DNA of 64,000 nucleotides, from assembly GCA_937903325.1 (NCBI GenBank), contig CALCZR010000056.1, positions 64,451-128,450 of the forward strand. Direction: 5' to 3'. The position numbers were made by a program, and so were the translations under genes. The notes under the pieces are model-generated. The model searched no databases. It was not told the origin of the DNA and saw nothing but the letters and a program-made list of their open reading frames with translations. This document shows positions 19,437 through 28,471 of the stretch, one piece after another; position 1 is the stretch's first letter; every line of letters starts with the position of its first letter. Source of the stretch: an uncultured Candidatus Saccharibacteria bacterium (lineage in GTDB: Bacteria; Patescibacteriota; Saccharimonadia; Saccharimonadales; AWTP1-31).

Positions 19437-19841
19437 CTATTGCTTATCGAGGTAAGTCTTTAGGTGACTAACAGCGTCAGTCACATCCTTAATAGCGGTC
19501 TTAAGATCTTTGTCGTCAGCATCACCTTCATGGAGCGCGGTGAGCATCTCACGAGCCTTGTCCTTAGCGCTCACAGCCTTGGCAACAGCTTTGTCGAGTT
19601 CTGGCTTGTGCTCGTCTTTGAGTTTCTTGCCAACACCCTTGGCACGTTCAATCTGCTTAATGACTTCACTGTGAAGTTTCTTCAGATCTTTTTCAGCTTC
19701 CCGCTTCGCCTTTACGGCAGTGTTCTTTACGTCTTCACGAGTCTCTTTACCACTCTTTGGTGCGGTTAGGATACCAGCTAGATAGCCTACAGCCCCTGCA
19801 ATTGCGGCACCTACAGCAAAACGTTTAGTGTCTTTATTCAT
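19437..19841 (-). CDS. YtxH-like general stress protein
   Basis: N-terminal GAVGYLAGILTAPKSGKETREDVK followed by a Lys/Glu-rich helical region. Confidence 0.7.
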   Translation of the reverse strand: MNKDTKRFAVGAAIAGAVGYLAGILTAPKSGKETREDVKNTAVKAKREAEKDLKKLHSEVIKQIERAKGVGKKLKDEHKPELDKAVAKAVSAKDKAREMLTALHEGDADDKDLKTAIKDVTDAVSHLKTYLDKQ

Positions 19842-19849
19842 ATAACTCC

Positions 19850-20110
19850 TTATTTCCTCTTATTTTCACGAACTGAATGCACGATATTGGAAACAAGTTT
19901 AGCGATGGCAGCTGGTCCGGCACTCTGCTGGAAGAATTCGCTGACAGCCTCTGCCTTATCTGCAATCTGACCAGCTTTCTCGGTAATGTGCTTCACACTA
20001 CGGAGCACCTTGATGGTCAATACCCCGATGATAATACCGGTTAGTAAGAAGATTGCCAGGAACGAGGACAGAATAACGAGGAGAACTTGTTGAGTAGTGT
20101 TTAAATCCAT
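19850..20110 (-). CDS. small membrane protein (DUF948-like)
   Basis: 86 aa: one N-terminal TM, then a helical region. It pairs with the YtxH gene as in Firmicutes (recollection). Confidence 0.6.
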   Translation of the reverse strand: MDLNTTQQVLLVILSSFLAIFLLTGIIIGVLTIKVLRSVKHITEKAGQIADKAEAVSEFFQQSAGPAAIAKLVSNIVHSVRENKRK

Positions 20111-20116
20111 ATCTCT

Positions 20117-20122
20117 ATTATA
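20117..20122 (-). promoter_or_regulatory. -10 TATAAT, 6 nt before ATG (leaderless candidate)
   Basis: Minus strand: TATAAT-agagat-ATG. Confidence 0.4.
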
Positions 20123-20133
20123 CCTCTGTCATG

Positions 20134-21024
20134 TCAAGCGACAATACTTTTGAGGTATTCACGGAAGTCATCCTTGAGGCCATCGTGCATAAGTGCGAAG
20201 TCTACGACGGTCTTTAAGTACTCCAGTTTATTGCCAGTATCGTAGTACTTACCGCCCTTAACCTTGTAGGCGAGTATTTCCTTACCCGACTCGATGAGCC
20301 TTTGCATAGCGGGCTGAATATAAAACTCGACACCTTCTTGTAGATTGCCTACCTCCGTGTGCAGATGTTGGAAAATGTCCGGCGTGAGCAAGTAGCCACT
20401 GACGCTGGCAAGATTACTCGGTGCGTTCTCTTTCCCCGGCTTCTCAATAATGGTGGACATACGAAGTAGTCCTGGTTCTATCTCTTCACCAGCTACGATA
20501 CCATAGCGTTTGTAGTCGATATCTTTCTCAACTTCAATACAGGTAAGTACACTGCTGCCAGTTTGCTCGTAGACGTCGATCATCTGCTTAAATCGTGAAG
20601 GCTCAGCCACGATAAAGTCATCGGCAAAGGTGTAGATAAAGGGTTCGTCACCAATGAGGTGTTCGGCATTCATGACCGGTGTGCCGCTTCCATACGGACC
20701 CTTCTGTCGAATGTAGGCAAAGTTAGCAAGCTCAGAAATCTTCTTGGTTTCCTCAAGCAGCTCCAACTTGTTACCTTGGCGGAGGTTAGCTCGCAGATCC
20801 GCGCTCATATGGTCAAAGTGATCTTCGATAGACCGCTTGTGATACCCCGTTACAATAACAATATCTTCTATCCCGGCTTCAACGAGTTCTTCTACTATGT
20901 ACTGGATAATTGGCTTATCTACCAACGGGAGCATTTCTTTGGGGAGAGCCTTGGTTTGCGGCAAAAAGCGAGTACCGAACCCGGCGGCGGCAATAACAGC
21001 TTTGCGTACTGGTTTACCTTGCAT
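20134..21024 (-). CDS. galU: UTP--glucose-1-phosphate uridylyltransferase
   Basis: AAGFGTRFLPQTKALPKEMLPLVDKPIIQYIVEE N-terminus. Confidence 0.9.
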   Translation of the reverse strand: MQGKPVRKAVIAAAGFGTRFLPQTKALPKEMLPLVDKPIIQYIVEELVEAGIEDIVIVTGYHKRSIEDHFDHMSADLRANLRQGNKLELLEETKKISELANFAYIRQKGPYGSGTPVMNAEHLIGDEPFIYTFADDFIVAEPSRFKQMIDVYEQTGSSVLTCIEVEKDIDYKRYGIVAGEEIEPGLLRMSTIIEKPGKENAPSNLASVSGYLLTPDIFQHLHTEVGNLQEGVEFYIQPAMQRLIESGKEILAYKVKGGKYYDTGNKLEYLKTVVDFALMHDGLKDDFREYLKSIVA

Positions 21025-21030
21025 GCCTAT

Positions 21031-21036
21031 AGTGTA
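21031..21036 (-). promoter_or_regulatory. -10-like TACACT, 6 nt before galU ATG (leaderless candidate)
   Basis: Minus strand: TACACT-ataggc-ATG, with no SD. Confidence 0.4.
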
Positions 21037-21077
21037 GCATGTTGACCATTGTCTACTTACAGTAAGATATTGGATTG

Positions 21078-21188
21078 AGTGTATGGCGGAATAATGATAT
21101 TATGTTGTTCGATAACAGATGTCATTTTGTTATCTCCGCATCAAACCTTCGGCACGTAGTTTCTAGGCTACACAGCGGAGGGTTTTTT
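21078..21188 (+). ncRNA. candidate small RNA / attenuator-like element ending in an orphan plus-strand terminator
   Basis: Possible promoter TTGACC (21042) -N18- GATATT. A 7-bp hairpin pairs 21111-21117 with 21128-21134. CTCCGC (21134-39) pairs with GCGGAG (21175-80) and is followed by GGTTTTTT. GCGGA (21086-90) can alternatively pair with TCCGC (21135-39). No plus-strand CDS lies upstream or downstream. Confidence 0.25.
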
Positions 21189-21190
21189 GT

Positions 21191-21598
21191 TTAGGGAAGT
21201 TTTTTCGGAAAGACAGACATGAAGTCTAGCCGGCCAGATCTTTTATCTTGCTTTACTTGCACACAATATTCTTCACCGTCCCTCGTCTTTCCATAAAACC
21301 TATGCAGGTAATCTCCGTGCTTGATTACGGTATGTGGATGAGAATGTGTATTTCGCATAAGGTCTATCGCGGCAGTGTATAACTTGAGTCGCTTAGTTCT
21401 TTTCTCTATATGCTTCTGAAGTAGATGTGGCCAGAATAAATCAAGAAAAATTTTTGCGTTATTAAAGTATTTTGATCGAACATAGGCATGCCGTTTGGTT
21501 AGGCTTTCGACTTTCTTGTGTTCTTTACGAGCGTGTACGTACACTTCGTCATAGGAAGTACCTGCGAGCAATGTGGCTTTAGACTTGAATATCTCCAT
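21191..21598 (-). CDS. hypothetical basic protein (135 aa), lower-GC islet
   Basis: ORF with ~40% GC by hand count, versus roughly 43-47% in the two adjacent gatB lines I counted. Lys/Arg/His-rich, with no TM. The C-terminal half (YLHRFYGKTRDGEEYCVQVKQDKRSGRLDFMSVFP) looks like a small beta-sheet nuclease/toxin-type fold, but that is only an impression. Confidence 0.55.
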   Translation of the reverse strand: MEIFKSKATLLAGTSYDEVYVHARKEHKKVESLTKRHAYVRSKYFNNAKIFLDLFWPHLLQKHIEKRTKRLKLYTAAIDLMRNTHSHPHTVIKHGDYLHRFYGKTRDGEEYCVQVKQDKRSGRLDFMSVFPKKLP

Positions 21599-21659
21599 CG
21601 CTACATTATCTCAGCCAAATCTTAAATCGACCGGATGTCAAATCTACATTGTTCGCTAT

Positions 21660-23132
21660 TTATTGAAGATGCTTACGTAGTAGTTCTTGTGCTAGACCCG
21701 GGTTAGCTTTACCAAGACTGGCCTTCATAACCTGCCCTACTAAGAATCCAATAGCCTTCATCTCGCCATTGCGTACATCTTCTGCTGCTTGCGGGTTAGC
21801 AGTAATAACGTCAATGACGACTTTCTCGATCTCACCAGTGTCAGACACCTGGATAAAGCCTTGTTCGTCGGCGTACTTCTCGATACTCTCAGGCAATGTT
21901 TCGTGAGTCAGGAGCTCGGTAATAAGGAGCTTCGCATTGCTTGAGCTGAGCTTGCTATCGCCGACAAGTGCAGCGGTCTGTGCGTACACGGTAGCCCGAC
22001 CTTCGTTAGACAATGACACGGTGTTGTTCTCGTCTGCTCGGAATGGGATCTCGATGTTCACAAACCAGTTAGCTAACTGCTTGGCAAAAGCCTTGTCAGT
22101 GAGATTCTTCTCTAGGATCTCAAGGTAGTCTACGGTGCTGTCCGCAACTTCTGCATCAAGCAAGATATCTGTCTGGCTAACATCTAACCCTAGACCACTG
22201 AGCTTAGTGCGCCATTCACCAGGCATGACCGGCATGCTGTCCTTAATCCGAGATATATAGTCGCTATCTAGTTGTACAGGCGGAATATCCGGTTCGGGCA
22301 TGTAGCGGTAGTCATGTGCTTGTTCTTTACCGCGCTGGCTAAAGGTCTTTTGCTTAGCGTCGTCCCAGCCTCGAGTCTCTTGGGTAATACTCTGCCCTTT
22401 TTCAAGTAACTCTATCTGTCTGTTAACCTCAAACTCAGCAGCTTTCTCGACACTGCGGAAGGAGTTTAGGTTCTTGGTCTCAGTTCGAGTGCCAAGTTCG
22501 TCTGTCTTACTGACACTGACATTGACGTCAAAACGCATGTTGCCATGGAACAGATCGGCATCTGACACATCTGCATACTTCATGAGTAGATACAGCTCGT
22601 GAGCATAGGCTCGAGCTTCTGCAGGGCTATTAATGTCTGGTTCGGACACGATCTCGAGCAGCGGCGTGCCGGCTCGGTTAAGATCTACTAATGAATAATC
22701 TGCTCCAGCTGGGTGAGAACTTTTACCGGCGTCTGCTTCTAAGTGGGCACGGGTAATGTTCACGGTCTTTGGCTTACCATCTACAAAAATATCCACCGAT
22801 CCACCGAGCACAACGGGCTGGTAGAACTGCGTAATCTGGTAGCCAAGCGGAAGGTCTGGGTAGAAGTAGTGCTTACGGTCGAAGGTACTAAACGGAGATG
22901 GTACTGAATTTAGCGCAAAGGCAGCTTTGCTCGCCAGGGCTACGGCTTGTTCGTTGAGAACGGGTAGTGCCCCGGGCATGCCTAAGCAGATGTGACTAAT
23001 AAGGGTATTGGGCTCAGCATCTCGGGCGTCATTTCCAACGGCTGCAAACAACTTGGTATTTGTCTTGAGCTGTACGTGGCACTCGATACCAATGGTTACT
23101 TTGTACTGGTCGCGAACTTCTTTAGTTACCAT
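21660..23132 (-). CDS. gatB: Asp/Glu-tRNA amidotransferase subunit B
   Basis: 490 aa with IGIECHVQLKTNTKLF and a C-terminal GatB/YqeY region. Confidence 0.95.
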   Translation of the reverse strand: MVTKEVRDQYKVTIGIECHVQLKTNTKLFAAVGNDARDAEPNTLISHICLGMPGALPVLNEQAVALASKAAFALNSVPSPFSTFDRKHYFYPDLPLGYQITQFYQPVVLGGSVDIFVDGKPKTVNITRAHLEADAGKSSHPAGADYSLVDLNRAGTPLLEIVSEPDINSPAEARAYAHELYLLMKYADVSDADLFHGNMRFDVNVSVSKTDELGTRTETKNLNSFRSVEKAAEFEVNRQIELLEKGQSITQETRGWDDAKQKTFSQRGKEQAHDYRYMPEPDIPPVQLDSDYISRIKDSMPVMPGEWRTKLSGLGLDVSQTDILLDAEVADSTVDYLEILEKNLTDKAFAKQLANWFVNIEIPFRADENNTVSLSNEGRATVYAQTAALVGDSKLSSSNAKLLITELLTHETLPESIEKYADEQGFIQVSDTGEIEKVVIDVITANPQAAEDVRNGEMKAIGFLVGQVMKASLGKANPGLAQELLRKHLQ

Positions 23133-23139
23133 TACTGAC

Positions 23140-23490
23140 CTACTCCAGTGCCCCTAAGTCACGCAGTGCCTGCCTGACTCCCACCAAAGATTTCTTAACG
23201 TCACTTTCCTTGAGCCGGCCGTATGAATCATCCAGGAGCTTCTTAGCCATGTTATGTGCAAACCATACACTGTCATTGTCGGTGAGAGACTTCTGGGCGT
23301 CTACTAGGCGTTCACCCATGCTCTTGCCTTTGAGGTGCTTCTTCTTGAGGGCTTCGTCGAGAAGCTTGTCGGCATTAATAACAGCGAGTGCCCAGGTGTC
23401 TTTACTCTTGCAGAACTTTTGCAGCTCAGTCCACTGCTCTTTGAACTTGGCAGGTTTGATCTTGCGGCGTGGAATGAGTTTTAGTTTCAT
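23140..23490 (-). CDS. small helical hypothetical protein embedded between gatA and gatB
   Basis: The ATG at 23490 is 4 nt after the gatA TAA, and the stop is 7 nt before the gatB ATG. The sequence MKLKLIPRRKIK...INADKLLDEALKKKHLKGKSMGERLVDAQKSL...VWFAHNMAKKLLDD looks all-helical. Confidence 0.55.
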   Translation of the reverse strand: MKLKLIPRRKIKPAKFKEQWTELQKFCKSKDTWALAVINADKLLDEALKKKHLKGKSMGERLVDAQKSLTDNDSVWFAHNMAKKLLDDSYGRLKESDVKKSLVGVRQALRDLGALE

Positions 23491-23494
23491 GGGG

Positions 23495-24964
23495 TTACTT
23501 TTGTTCCTTTGAGAGTTTTTCTTGAGCAGTCGCTCCAACGCTTAGTAGTATTCTATCAGCTTTTTGGGGAGCCATGAGCTGTAATCCAACCGGCATACCA
23601 TCTACCTTACCTGCAGGAATAACCAATGACGGAATACCAACCAGGCTTGGGCCTACGGTCATAACGTCGGCCAGGTACATTTGTAGTGGATCGCTGGCGT
23701 TCTCGCCAATCTTAAAGGCGACGGTTGGGGCTGTTGGTCCAGCCAAGAAGTCCACATCCTTAAAGGCTTCATTGAATTCGTTGATCAGCTTGGTACGCAC
23801 AGTCTGAGCCTTGTTGTAATAGGCATCGTAGTAACCGCTGCTAAGTACATATGCCCCAATCATGATGCGACGCTTAGCTTCAGCACCAAAGCCTTTGGTT
23901 CGGCTTTGTACGTAACTTGCTTCAAGATCTTTCGCAGACTTATCGCTAAAGCCGAAGCGCTGGCCGTCATAGCGGCTCAGGTTGCTGCTAATTTCGGCAG
24001 GAACGACAATGTAGTACACACCGAGCGAGTATTCGAGACTTGGCAAACTAACTTCTACGATCTCTGCTCCAGCTTCCTTCAGAGATTCAAGAGACGTCTC
24101 GATCTGTTTCTTAACCCCAGCGTCGAGGCCTTCGCCCATGTATTCTTTAATAACGCCGATCTTCTTGCCAGCAAGGCTTTCAGGACTTGTAATGTCATAC
24201 CCAGCGGCATCTCGGTCGATAGTAGTACTGTCTAACGAATCCTTCCCAGCCATGATATCTATTACATACGCCGCATCTTCCACCGTTCGAGCTAGCGGTC
24301 CAATGGTATCAGTACTACTCGCCATAGCGATAACACCAGAACGAGACACCAAACCGTAGCTTGGCTTGTAACCAACAATACCAGTAAAGGATGCAGGTTG
24401 ACGAATAGAGCCACCGGTATCGGTACCCAGGGCAAATGGTGCCATATCAAGTAGTACTGCGGCTGCTGACCCACCAGAAGAACCGCCGGGCACACGGGTA
24501 GTGTCGTGAGGGTTCTTGGTTGTAAAGAAGTCACTGTTCTCGGTACTACCCCCGTGGGCAAAGGCATCTAGGTTAGCTTTAGCTACGCAGATAGCGCCTT
24601 CTGCCTCAAGTCGTTCAATAGCCGTAGATTGGTACGGCGCATCAAAGCCTTTGAGGATATTACTCGCAGCAGTCGTATCGGCACCGAACACCAGGAAGTT
24701 ATCTTTGGCAATGAATGGTACACCAGCTAGCCGGCCAACATGTGAGCCATCTGCAATAAGTTTGTCGATCTCAACTGCCCGAGCTCGTGCTCGCTCTGCT
24801 ATGGTCGCGATAATGGCCTGGTAGTCTTGCTTCTCGCCAATAGTCTTTAGGGCTCGTTCTACAAGTTCGACAGCAGTAACTTTGCCGGACTGTACTTGAC
24901 TAGTAAGATCTTTGAGGCTTGGCCACTGAGAAGTGGTAGGAATGGCTGCAGTAGTATCACTCAC
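23495..24964 (-). CDS. gatA: Glu-tRNA(Gln) amidotransferase subunit A
   Basis: Amidase signature GGSSGGSAAAV, 489 aa. Confidence 0.95.
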   Translation of the reverse strand: MSDTTAAIPTTSQWPSLKDLTSQVQSGKVTAVELVERALKTIGEKQDYQAIIATIAERARARAVEIDKLIADGSHVGRLAGVPFIAKDNFLVFGADTTAASNILKGFDAPYQSTAIERLEAEGAICVAKANLDAFAHGGSTENSDFFTTKNPHDTTRVPGGSSGGSAAAVLLDMAPFALGTDTGGSIRQPASFTGIVGYKPSYGLVSRSGVIAMASSTDTIGPLARTVEDAAYVIDIMAGKDSLDSTTIDRDAAGYDITSPESLAGKKIGVIKEYMGEGLDAGVKKQIETSLESLKEAGAEIVEVSLPSLEYSLGVYYIVVPAEISSNLSRYDGQRFGFSDKSAKDLEASYVQSRTKGFGAEAKRRIMIGAYVLSSGYYDAYYNKAQTVRTKLINEFNEAFKDVDFLAGPTAPTVAFKIGENASDPLQMYLADVMTVGPSLVGIPSLVIPAGKVDGMPVGLQLMAPQKADRILLSVGATAQEKLSKEQK

Positions 24965-25251
24965 AGGACACGCCTAACTTTAATGTTATTGCCCTGACGG
25001 TCTGGCAAATTCTTAAGTAGAGCCTGTTGGTCGGCCTGGTAGGGCTTGATCTCATCATTACGCATAACGTTCACGAGGCCGGTAACCTGTGTGGTTGGTT
25101 TGAGCCCTTTGACGTCTACTTCAGATAGTTTTTCGACGTATCCTAAAATATCTCCTAGTTCATTCTGGAACTTCTTGATTTCTTCATCAGTTAGCTCGAG
25201 CTTAGCAAGTCGGGCCAATTGTAATATATCTTCGCGCGTGAGGTCTGCCAT
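24961..25251 (-). CDS. gatC: Asp/Glu-tRNA amidotransferase subunit C
   Basis: 96 aa (ILQLARLAKLELTDEEIKKFQNELGDILGYVEKL). 4-nt overlap with gatA. Confidence 0.9.
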   Translation of the reverse strand: MADLTREDILQLARLAKLELTDEEIKKFQNELGDILGYVEKLSEVDVKGLKPTTQVTGLVNVMRNDEIKPYQADQQALLKNLPDRQGNNIKVRRVL

Positions 25252-25391
25252 TTAAGAATAAGTTTACACGGTTACGCTGTTAATATCCAGCGGACACAAT
25301 CAGCAAACAATACAGGAGAGGTCTGTAAAATACTTTACAAAGCTTACGGTTACGATTACGATGAAGGTAACCTAGCTCAAGGAATACAAAA

Positions 25392-26477
25392 ATGGCATTG
25401 GCGGAAGTACCTGTTCTAACCGAACATATGGAAATGCAGCCAGGAGGAGATCCTGGAGCGCAAACAGCTAATCAATTCGCCGATACAGTCCCCTTGCCCA
25501 TCGCAAGGGGATTTTTTGATCCCGACACATTATCTCCAACGTCTGACTTTGAGAAACGAGTGGGTAGTCTCTTTGCGCCGCATGCCGGACATCTACTTGT
25601 AGAGCGAGTAAAGAAGCTCCCCGGTGGTAGTGTGGCGGTTGGAACATATGGCACTGAGCTTGCAGAGCATCGGAGTGGCGTCTATACACCGGCTGGTGCC
25701 GACGAGTCTGACGTACTACCAGTAGTACTTATGCAAACACCGCTCGGAACTGGCACACGACACGGCTCGCACAATGATATGGTCGCCCGCGAGTTCATGA
25801 CTCTTGGCATGCGGGTAATCCTCAAAGGGCCACCGCGCTACTACGAAGCTACCAGAGACGCAATTTCTATGGGTCAAGATGCTAACGAAGCACTTGGATT
25901 GGTGCATGCAGTAGTAAACGCAGGAGTGATACGTAGGATCCTAGACCTATCTGCTTATGGAGAATCACAGGGCGGTGGTAAGACTCTTTCTGCAGCTGCT
26001 GTGGCCGAAGGCTACTGTGGAGAGTCACTTGATGATCTACTCTCAGTTGCACCTTGCTTTATCAATGAAATTGTTTGGGCCAAGGCACTCAAAGAAGCAC
26101 ATAAACTTGGCAAAGAGGGTGTAGGCTTGCTTGCCCATATGAAGCAGATTGGCCTCGCAGGATCGCTTGCACTTGCTCGATCTGTCGCGCTTAAGGACGC
26201 ACATCATCATGGAATAGTACTACCCAAGCTATGGAACGGCGACTCAGGTCGAGCACTTAGTGCAACACCAGAGGGACAGAGGGGTCGCGTTGAGATCTTT
26301 GGGGATGATCCATTCACGGATCCGGTAAGAGATATTGAGCAGGTTAGTCTAACAAGTCTTGACGGCCGACTAACACCTGGGCTTGGACACCTGCCGGGCA
26401 TATTGAGTCTATACACAAGAATGCAACGCCAGACGCTTGCTCAGAATGCACATCAAAGAGTTGCCCCGCGAATCTAA
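25392..26477 (+). CDS. hypothetical protein, possible alpha/beta hydrolase
   Basis: 361 aa with a GxSxG-like nucleophile elbow (YGESQGG), later FGDDPF and GLGHLPG in Ser-Asp-His order. AAGGAA SD 8 nt upstream. Confidence 0.55.
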   Translation: MALAEVPVLTEHMEMQPGGDPGAQTANQFADTVPLPIARGFFDPDTLSPTSDFEKRVGSLFAPHAGHLLVERVKKLPGGSVAVGTYGTELAEHRSGVYTPAGADESDVLPVVLMQTPLGTGTRHGSHNDMVAREFMTLGMRVILKGPPRYYEATRDAISMGQDANEALGLVHAVVNAGVIRRILDLSAYGESQGGGKTLSAAAVAEGYCGESLDDLLSVAPCFINEIVWAKALKEAHKLGKEGVGLLAHMKQIGLAGSLALARSVALKDAHHHGIVLPKLWNGDSGRALSATPEGQRGRVEIFGDDPFTDPVRDIEQVSLTSLDGRLTPGLGHLPGILSLYTRMQRQTLAQNAHQRVAPRI

Positions 26478-28438
26478 GACTTAGACTTTATATCTTCAAT
26501 AATGTCCCGCAGCTCGGCGGCTTTTTCGAACTCCAGGTTAGCGGCTGCTAGATCCATCTGCGCAGAAAGATCCTTAATAAGGTGACCGTATTCATCTTTC
26601 GGTATCTTCTTGAGATTGAGTTTAGCTTTCCTAGCCTCTTCGGGTAACTCGACGTTCATACTACCGGTAATTTCAGAAGATACCCCGCGTGGTGTAATGT
26701 TATGTTCCGCGTTGTAGGCTTCCTGGATCTTTCGCCGCCTGGTAGTTTCGTCAATGGTGCGCTGCATACTACCGGTTACACGGTCGGCATACATAATAAC
26801 GTGACCCTGACTATGTCTGGCGGCGCGTCCTACGGTCTGCGTTAGAGCTTGCTCACTACGTAGGAACCCTTCTTTGTCTGCATCCAGGATTGCCACAAGG
26901 CTTACTTCTGGAAGGTCCAAACCTTCTCGCAGCAGGTTAATACCAACGAGTACGTCGTATACTCCAAGCCTTAGATCTCGCAAGATATCTGTTCGGTCAA
27001 GAGTGTCTACATCGCTGTGTAGGTAAGCTACCTTGATGTTGAGTTCTTTCAGGTATTCAGTAAGGTCTTCGCTCATACGTTTAGTAAGAGTGGTCACCAG
27101 TACTCGCTGTTGCTTAGCAACCGTATCCCGAATTTCAGCAATAAGGTCATCTACCTGTCCAGCGGTAGGACGGACTTCAATAGGTGGATCCAGGAGACCA
27201 GTTGGGCGAATAACCTGCTGGGCAGGCGCAGGGCTACGACTAAGTTCATATTCCGCTGGCGTGGCACTGACATATATCGCCTGGTTTACGTGACGTTCGA
27301 ACTCGGTGAAGGTTAAGGGACGGTTATCTAGGGCGCTCGGCAACCTAAAGCCATGTTCTACCAACACTTCCTTACGAGCCCGGTCACCGTTATACATACC
27401 CCGAATTTGGGGCATGGTCATGTGTGACTCATCGACGAACATGAGGAAGTCATCGGGATAGTAATCAAGTAAGGTTGCAGGCTGTTCGCCAGGTTCACGG
27501 TTAGTGAGATATCGGCTGTAGTTCTCGATGCCCTTTACAAAGCCGGTCTCCTCCAACATCTCGATATCGAAATTAGTACGTTGCTGGATACGCTGCGCTT
27601 CAAGAAGCAGATTGTTCTTCTTAAAGAATGTTGTTCGGTCATCTAGTTCGCTCTTTATACTTCCCAGAGCCACTTTGAGTTTGTCATGTGGGGTAACATA
27701 GTGGGAACTTGGGAAAACTTTCAAACCGGTCTTTTCTTTGAGTACTTCACCAGTGAGCGGATCGACTTGGGTAATACGCTCAATCTCGTCACCAAAGAAT
27801 TCTACGCGGTAGGCTACTTCTTCACCGGCTGGGAAAATGTCTACCACGTCTCCACGAACTCGGAACGTGCCACGGTGAAAGTCAATGTCGTTACGTTGGT
27901 ACTGGATGTCGGTTAACTGCCGCAGGAATTTATCTCGTACTCGTCGCTCACCCGTGGCGATGCTGACGGCCATGCCATCATAGTCATCTACTGATCCAAT
28001 GCCGTAAATACAGCTCACACTAGCTACGATGATCACATCCTTGCGCGACAACAGAGCATCCGTGGCAGCGTGCCGTAGTCGGTCAATCTCTTCATTTATC
28101 TGACTATCTTTCTCTATATAGGTATCACTACGGGCAATATAGGCTTCAGGCTGGTAGTAGTCGAAGTAACTTACAAAGTAATGGACGGCGTTGTTTGGGA
28201 AGAACTTCTTGAATTCCCCATATAGCTGTGCGGCTAGCGTCTTGTTGTGACTGAGGATAAGTGTAGGTCGCTGGACGTTCTGGATAATATTAGCCATGGC
28301 AAAAGTCTTACCGGAACCAGTTACGCCGAGGAGTGTTTGTTCCTTGACACCGTCTTCTAGTCCTTTGGTAAGTTGAGCAATAGCCGTGGGCTGGTCGCCT
28401 TTGGGTGTGTAGTTGCTAACGAGTTCAAATTTAGCCAT
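26474..28438 (-). CDS. uvrB: excinuclease ABC subunit B
   Basis: [20 protein letters not shown], Walker [10 protein letters not shown] and a C-terminal UVR motif. The ATG at 28438 is preferred over the TTG at 28453. Confidence 0.95.
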   Translation of the reverse strand: MAKFELVSNYTPKGDQPTAIAQLTKGLEDGVKEQTLLGVTGSGKTFAMANIIQNVQRPTLILSHNKTLAAQLYGEFKKFFPNNAVHYFVSYFDYYQPEAYIARSDTYIEKDSQINEEIDRLRHAATDALLSRKDVIIVASVSCIYGIGSVDDYDGMAVSIATGERRVRDKFLRQLTDIQYQRNDIDFHRGTFRVRGDVVDIFPAGEEVAYRVEFFGDEIERITQVDPLTGEVLKEKTGLKVFPSSHYVTPHDKLKVALGSIKSELDDRTTFFKKNNLLLEAQRIQQRTNFDIEMLEETGFVKGIENYSRYLTNREPGEQPATLLDYYPDDFLMFVDESHMTMPQIRGMYNGDRARKEVLVEHGFRLPSALDNRPLTFTEFERHVNQAIYVSATPAEYELSRSPAPAQQVIRPTGLLDPPIEVRPTAGQVDDLIAEIRDTVAKQQRVLVTTLTKRMSEDLTEYLKELNIKVAYLHSDVDTLDRTDILRDLRLGVYDVLVGINLLREGLDLPEVSLVAILDADKEGFLRSEQALTQTVGRAARHSQGHVIMYADRVTGSMQRTIDETTRRRKIQEAYNAEHNITPRGVSSEITGSMNVELPEEARKAKLNLKKIPKDEYGHLIKDLSAQMDLAAANLEFEKAAELRDIIEDIKSKS

Positions 28439-28444
28439 CTCTAT

Positions 28445-28450
28445 ATTGTA
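28445..28450 (-). promoter_or_regulatory. -10-like TACAAT, 6 nt before uvrB ATG (leaderless candidate)
   Basis: Minus strand: TACAAT-atagag-ATG. Confidence 0.4.
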
Positions 28451-28471
28451 CAACGCATTAGCACATATGGC

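Noticed and set aside
21099-21190. Tiny ORFs inside the candidate sRNA (21 aa MILCCSITDVILLSPHQTFGT; 30 aa MLFDNRCHFVISASNLRHVVSRLHSGGFFV)
   Set aside because: No SD or -10-N6-ATG context, one runs through the terminator stem, and neither looks like a typical hydrophobic type I toxin. They are kept only as a remote possibility under the sRNA finding.
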